From NCBI RefSeq assembly GCF_009914755.1, contig NC_060938.1: 64,000 nucleotides of DNA; one strand, written 5' to 3'. Source of the stretch: the human T2T-CHM13v2.0 reference genome, Homo sapiens. The notes beneath the pieces were generated by a model. It saw nothing but the letters and a program-made list of their open reading frames with translations. It was not told the origin of the DNA and made no database searches. The position numbers and the translations under genes are program-made. This document shows, one piece after another, positions 58,006-64,000 of this stretch (position 1 is its first letter; each line of letters starts with the position of its first letter).

Positions 58006-59078
58006 TTATGTTTTCAGTTCTGATGGGAAACATAGAGACTAGTTTATGTAAATAAATATTTAGGATATTTTCATTTATGTCTGAATGAGAATATTCTAAA
58101 TTTTTAACTAAAGAATTTTAAAACTACTTGATGAGTTTCCACATGTAAATTCTTGCTTGCACAAAATATAGCTCCAGGATTATAGAATAAATTTGAAATT
58201 GAAAACTGATAGTAATATACACCACACAAACTTACATTTATTTTTTAACAGTTAAAAGTAATTTAGCAGAAGAACAAATACATTCTATGTATATTGGGCA
58301 ATAGTTGCATATATTCCTGTGTGTATCTTTGTTTAAGAACAGTGGCTTGAATTTGAAGTACATAACAGGAGATTTATGATAGGTAAGACTGATGATAAGT
58401 GCTGAAAATAAAATTATGAGACAAATCAGTTGTGGTTTAACACAAAGGAAATCAAACCTTGCAATTATTTGGTAGAAAAACAATAAGAGATCCATTTACC
58501 CCAAAGACCAAAACCTTACTTATTTAATAGACTTAATAGATATATACTTTTAATCCCCAAAGACTATGTCTTAATGACTTTTCAAACTATACAAGCAAAT
58601 CTTCCACAAATAATGAATTTTTTATTTGAGGAAATTAAAACACAGTATGGGAAAGGGCATTCAGCTGTGTATTAATGCCTCGATTTCAGGCACGATTTTT
58701 CTCCCAAATTCTACCATCACTGAACTGTTTCTGCTACTGCTTAACTACTACTGCAAACCCAGTAATCAATTGCAGAGTTCCTTGCTAAGCATTCAGCTCC
58801 TTCTTTTTCACATACTAACATGTGCTCCCCACAAATGCCTAGTGAGTTAGGTATGATCATTCCCATTTTCTAGATAACAGAATAGAACCCTACAGGAGTT
58901 CATTGGTCAAAGCCAAAGAATGAGTCTAGTCATTAAAGACTCCATGCTTTGAAATCATGGTCATGGATCTGAAGACCAACTCAGTCCCTTGGCAGCTGTG
59001 TGAACTTAGAAAAGTGACTTAACTTACCAAGTCTCAGTTTGAAATTGTGGGATTGGTACCAGATGGTCCCTAAGCACC

Positions 59079-59431
59079 TGATATAGTTTGGCTGTGTTCC
59101 CACCCAAATCTCAACTTGAATTGTATCTCCCAGAATTCCCACGTGTTGTGGGAGGGACCCAGGGTGGGTAATTTAATCATGGGGGCCAGTCTTTCCCTTG
59201 CTATTCTCCTGATAGTGCTTTAAGTCTCACGAGATCTGATGGGTTCATCAGGGGTTTCCACTTTTGCTTCTTCCTCATTTTTTCTCTTGCCTCAGATGTA
59301 AGAAGTACCTTTCGCCTCCCGCCGTGATTCTGAGGCCTCCCCAGCCATGTGGAACTGTAAGTCCAATTAAACCTCTTTTCGTTCCCAGTTTCGGGTATGT
59401 CTTTATCAGCCGCATGAAAACGAACAAAATG
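59079..59431 (+). mobile_element. THE1A-like solo LTR inserted in copy B (absent from copy A)
   Basis: tgatatagtttggctgtg, gaattgtatctcccagaattcccacgtg, atcaggggtttcc, gtaagtccaattaaacc, gggtatgtctttatcagc. Confidence 0.93.
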
Positions 59432-60225
59432 TATGCAATTCAAAGTCTGACTTTTTCGTTTTGGGGTTTTTGTTTGTTTGTTTGTTTTCTTATCTGGGAG
59501 ACCCTGCCTCCTGCTTGGCTCCCGTGAAACCTCCAGCAATTTAATCACAACTCACACCACCTGTGGTTGCCTCAAAAATTAGCCTCAATGCCACTAAATT
59601 CCATGTCCCATAATGTGAATCCCTACTCCTAGAGTTACCCATAATGAGCCTAATGGCAATCGAAATTAACCTAACTGTCCATGAGTACCTGGTGGTGGTG
59701 TGGAAGTAATAAAGTTTTCTGAGTGAGGGCAGTGGGTGGAGTGTTACTCTCCCACATATTTGGTCGCTATCTTCCAAGCTCCATCAGCCGCCTATATCCA
59801 TTCTTGTATATCCTTGAGCCCAACAGCATTTTTGTCACTTTTTTTTTTAAATCAGCTTTAAGCTTCATTTTCTGTTAAATGTGCTGCAGAAAACCTTGTA
59901 AGTGGATTAAGAAGCCAAAGAAAAGACAGAGAAAGAAAACCCATTTGAGATCATTGATTACTGTGAATTATTTCCTTTCTGCTTTTGATAAAACTCATAA
60001 AATTATTTCAAAACAACAAGACTTAAAATGTAATTTATCTTTTGATTACTAACAGGCAGAGCCTTGAGTTCAGTGAACTTTCACTGTAAAAAATGGATTT
60101 TGAGCCATTGTAATCTCTCATCATGAGAAGGACTTACATGTATGTATTAGAGATAAAAAAATAGAAAAATCTTTCAAAAATATACTGTATTCCAAAATTC
60201 TAAAGCAATCTCCAAAGTAAATTCT

Positions 60226-60460
60226 CAGTATATTGAAAAGGGCTTGAACTTTCAAGTCAGAGTGAGGTTTGAGCCTCTAACACTCAGTAATGTGTGACCT
60301 TGGGTAAGTTACTCAACCTCTCTGAGCGTCTCCAGTGACATAAAAATAATAATATTTACAATAAATATTTTCATGGAGATTAAATGAGATAAAATTTAAA
60401 AAGTGTCTCACACGGAATATCATACAATGAAGCCCCTAATAATTGCTGGTTTCCTTTATT
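60226..60460 (+). mobile_element. MIR SINE
   Basis: tgtgtgaccttgggtaagttactcaacctctctgagc, gattaaatgagataa. Confidence 0.85.
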
Positions 60461-62359
60461 AAAGAGACAAGTAAAATCTAACTTCTGGTTACTCTTTCCT
60501 AGTGAATGAGAACTGAAGGGTGATATTTATGTTGAAAAGAATAATACTCGTGGTTGGCCTTGAGCAAACTGGGAGTTGTGCTTTCTATCCACTTAGAATT
60601 GCCTGTGCCAGGAATTACTGGACAGATGCATTTGACATGAGAACTTTCATACCTGAGCCACTGCCCAGAAATTGTGGCACTACTTCTGGGAAGTTTTGCA
60701 AACGCTTTGAACTTATTTGCCAAAGTTCTTTGCATTCTGTACTGCTGGGCCCCTCTGCACATCCATGATTTGGCTGAAGCTGATGCTGACTGTGCCAGCA
60801 TATTTTCAACCTGATCAAGGCATGGAGCCCTGAAAATTTCATGAGATTCTGTTTTCGTGGGATTTCCAGATTTATACCAAGCTTTACAGATCCCCAAAGT
60901 ATGCATAATTCAGAAACAAAAATAAGAAAGGGCCTAACAACTCAGACACAACACTTAATATGCTTAATTCAGGTTGAATTAGGACTCATTTGGGACTGTG
61001 AATTTTTATTTCACCTTTAGTGGAGAAAAACTTTTATCATTTTACAAGATGTGTTTTTCAAATTTAACAACAGTAGAAAGTTTCTAGAAGCTGGAATAAT
61101 AATACTTTGCAACACTAATAAAGACTTAGAGTTAAGTCCTAGATGGATCCAAACTAGGTATGTGTTCTCCTGGATTAAACAATAAATTTGCTTGCTTTTA
61201 TGCCTTCTTAATGGAGTACTATCCAATGGATCCTCTTTAGATTCTTAGCAATTATCAGGTATCTGTTGAATGAGGCACAGTTCCTTATTTCCTTGTCCGT
61301 TGTTTTAATGCAGTTGTATACAGTATATTCAACCACCAATAATAATACACTTCACAGTTGCTCTTCATTAGTCACTTCTGGAAGAATTTTTTCTACTCAA
61401 CTATATTGATTATGTAACAACCAATCCATTTCCTCCTTTTAAATCAGACATATAAGTTTCGATCATAGTTTCTGTGCAACATGAGGCGTCTAACATGCCA
61501 CATTGATCTGATTCATTCCAAGCAAAAGGAAAGAAACATGGTGATTTAGCTAACCTAGGGCAACTGTAATGTAGAAAAAGGTTCAGTTTCTGTCGCACTT
61601 CTAAAAATCCTGAAAAAAAAACCTGTTTGATTTTCTTTGCTATGATGAGTTTCCTGGCTGAGAACCATCATTTTATTAATTCCGTCATCTGTTCATTCAT
61701 TCAGCAAACCATTTTTGAGCATGTATCCTGTACTACATGCCAGATAAAGACACGATATATCCATTATTTTATGCCTTTGTCAGTATAGATCAGGTAAAAC
61801 TATTGACGGGTCAATCAATATAAGGATTCAAAGAAATTGGCTTAATCCTTATGAAAGTAGAATGTTCTTTGACTCAGTAAACATACCTAAAAGTTAATAT
61901 AAATTGTTGGCATTGATTTCTCCTACTCTTGCATCCTCACCCTAGGTGAAAAGAAAAAAACTAAGTTTGTTCACCAGTGTTTTTTTTTTAATATAAACCT
62001 ATGCAAAAAGGGATAAATAAGACTGGTATGGGTCAGACTAGTCTCACATAAAACCGTAAAAGGAAGAGACTAACATGATATAAGAGACACGTCTTCTGCT
62101 TTACTTGTGTTTCTCATGATCGGTTTACTCAGTTCTCATGGTCAATATGTTGTCCTCTAAAATTCTTCTTATATTAAACAAGAAAGGGGATAAAAAATGG
62201 ATTATATGCCATTAGAAGGTTAAAATGGAAAGATGTTGTTTTTCTAGCAAATGTTAGAAAGATGGTGAACTCTTTTCCATTGGCATTGATTAGTTGATCA
62301 CATCTGGCCTTGGGGATCTGGGAAACAAGGCTTTAGCATTTGTAATGAATAGTCCGGAT

Positions 62360-62520
62360 CATCTAGGGGAAGAAAGCCAAGATTTTGAGCCGATAGACCT
62401 ACATTTGGGTTTCAACTGCATCTATTATTAGCTTCATAACTGAGCAAGTCATTCAATCACTTTAAGACTAGGAACCCTCATCTATAAGATGGGATGATAC
62501 AAATATCTATTCTATTCCCG
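62360..62520 (+). mobile_element. MIR SINE
   Basis: gagcaagtcattcaatcac, cctcatctataagatgggatgata. Confidence 0.7.
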
Positions 62521-63771
62521 TCTCAGACTCAAAGCATCAGAAGCATTACCATGTCAATATTGACAAACTTTAAAGGTTCACTTAAAGAAGAAAAAATAAA
62601 TTCCCATTCAAGCACCCAAGGAAGGGCAAAATGAGTAGAGAGAAGATAGAAGATTTTTTAAATCAGAGTAACACTAAGTGCTGAAACAGGTAAATCTGGA
62701 AAGCTCAAAACCTTGACACAATATAATTGCAAGTACAACTGAAAGAAATTCTGGAGAGAGATCCTTTGGAATCTTGGAAGGGTGACTCTGCTCAAAGTGG
62801 TATTAGTGACCCTTGTAACCATGAAGGTCTGTGATTAATTCTCTGTATTTGGCTAACCAGAGAGCAGAAAGAGAATCTCAATGAGAAAAAAAATCTCATT
62901 GGGAACTTGGGGCTAGACTTGGAAGTGGTATATAACCACTTTCCCACTTTCTGCTTTCTGGAATTAATCCTGCAAACGCACCAAGATTGTGATTTTCTTC
63001 TTCCCATGTGCTTATCAGAAAATGAGAAAAAATAGTGAATGCATGGCATCCAGTGAATTATAAAAGCCTCCTTGAAAGAGAAGACATACGAAAGGTATCC
63101 AGAAATATTTATGAGGACAAATGAGTGATAAAGAATTAAATTCCTAAATCATAGATCACAGAACATTGTTCTTATTCTGAGGTCTCTGGATGTCTAGATA
63201 TTGATAATAACAGCCTCCAGAACATTCAAGTTATTAAGGAAAACATATGCTACTAATTAGAAAGTAAAACAGCACAGTATATCTAAGTATCAAATATATA
63301 ATTAAACAAGGCAATTTAACATCATTTGGAAGTTACTGCTTTTATTGTACACTCAGTTGTTTTTGTATTTTATTAATGTAATATTAGAGGGTGACTTAAT
63401 GTTTTTCTTATATATAATTTGTTTGGTTGACAAGAACTTTCAAATACAGAATCCTTTGAGGAAAGTACATCCTAAAAGGATTGTAAAGCAGTGGTGAATG
63501 ATCACCCTACATATAATCACTAGACTCAATATGTATTGTGAGAAGTCAAATTTGAAATAAGCAAAAGGTCTTTTGTGGGTGGCCCTTCACCAATCCCTCT
63601 AGCCATAGTCTTCAAAGATTGATTGAAATTTGTGGGTGGATCTTTGGCATTGTCAAAATCAACCATGGCATCAACAGAAACAATCATGTTCTTAATGGCC
63701 ATGACTTACACCCTGACTACATGACCCTTTTTCCAAAATCAGCCAAGCAACTAGCAGGTTCTGAAAATGAG

Positions 63772-64000
63772 TGTAGTAGTCTGTTTTCACACTGCTGTAA
63801 AGAAATACCAGAGACTGGGTAATTGATAAAGAAAATAAGTTTAATTTACTTACAGTTCTGCATGGCTGACTCCCCAGGAAATTTACAATCGTGGCAGAAA
63901 CTTACAATCATGGCGAAAGGTGTGGTGAAAGCAAGGTACATCTTCCCATGGTGGAGCAGGGGAGCGAGACAAGTGAAGGGCAAAGTGCCACACAGCTTTA
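63772..64000 (-). mobile_element. ERVL-MaLR LTR (THE1D/MSTA-like), running off the window
   Basis: tgtagtagtctgttttcacactgct, gagactgggtaatt, acagttctgcatggctg, cttacaatcatggc. Confidence 0.9.

Noticed and set aside
60499-60906. 135-aa ORF, the longest in the window
   Set aside because: No recognisable homology or domain, overlapping ORFs on both strands, length compatible with chance

Overview
Primate genomic DNA, most likely human or another catarrhine (AluY/AluS/AluJ, a HERV-K(HML-2) LTR5 solo LTR, THE1/MST/MLT LTRs, L1PA/L1PB/L1M, MIR, L2, MER DNA transposons). It is AT-rich, has no CpG island, and contains no recognisable protein-coding gene, so it reads as intergenic DNA or a long intron. 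The supplied ORFs are repeat-derived or chance. The most notable structure is a ~1.45 kb ancient duplication present at 48478-50268 (+) and 57407-59554 (-). The two copies are inverted AND circularly permuted (A1-A2 versus A2-A1) with clean, nearly base-exact junctions, the pattern expected of duplication through a circular DNA intermediate. Each copy later took independent insertions (AluY in one; AluS and THE1A in the other), and a 98-bp core is nearly identical against a background of about 80-85%. Secondary findings: an old ~180-bp local direct duplication, an internally inverted Tigger7/MER44 element with an ERV1 LTR in its TIR, nested fold-back palindromes beside an AT-rich VNTR, a U5-deleted LTR5, and several candidate + strand exons. 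Repeat subfamily names come from recalled consensus features, not a database search; boundaries of old repeats are approximate.
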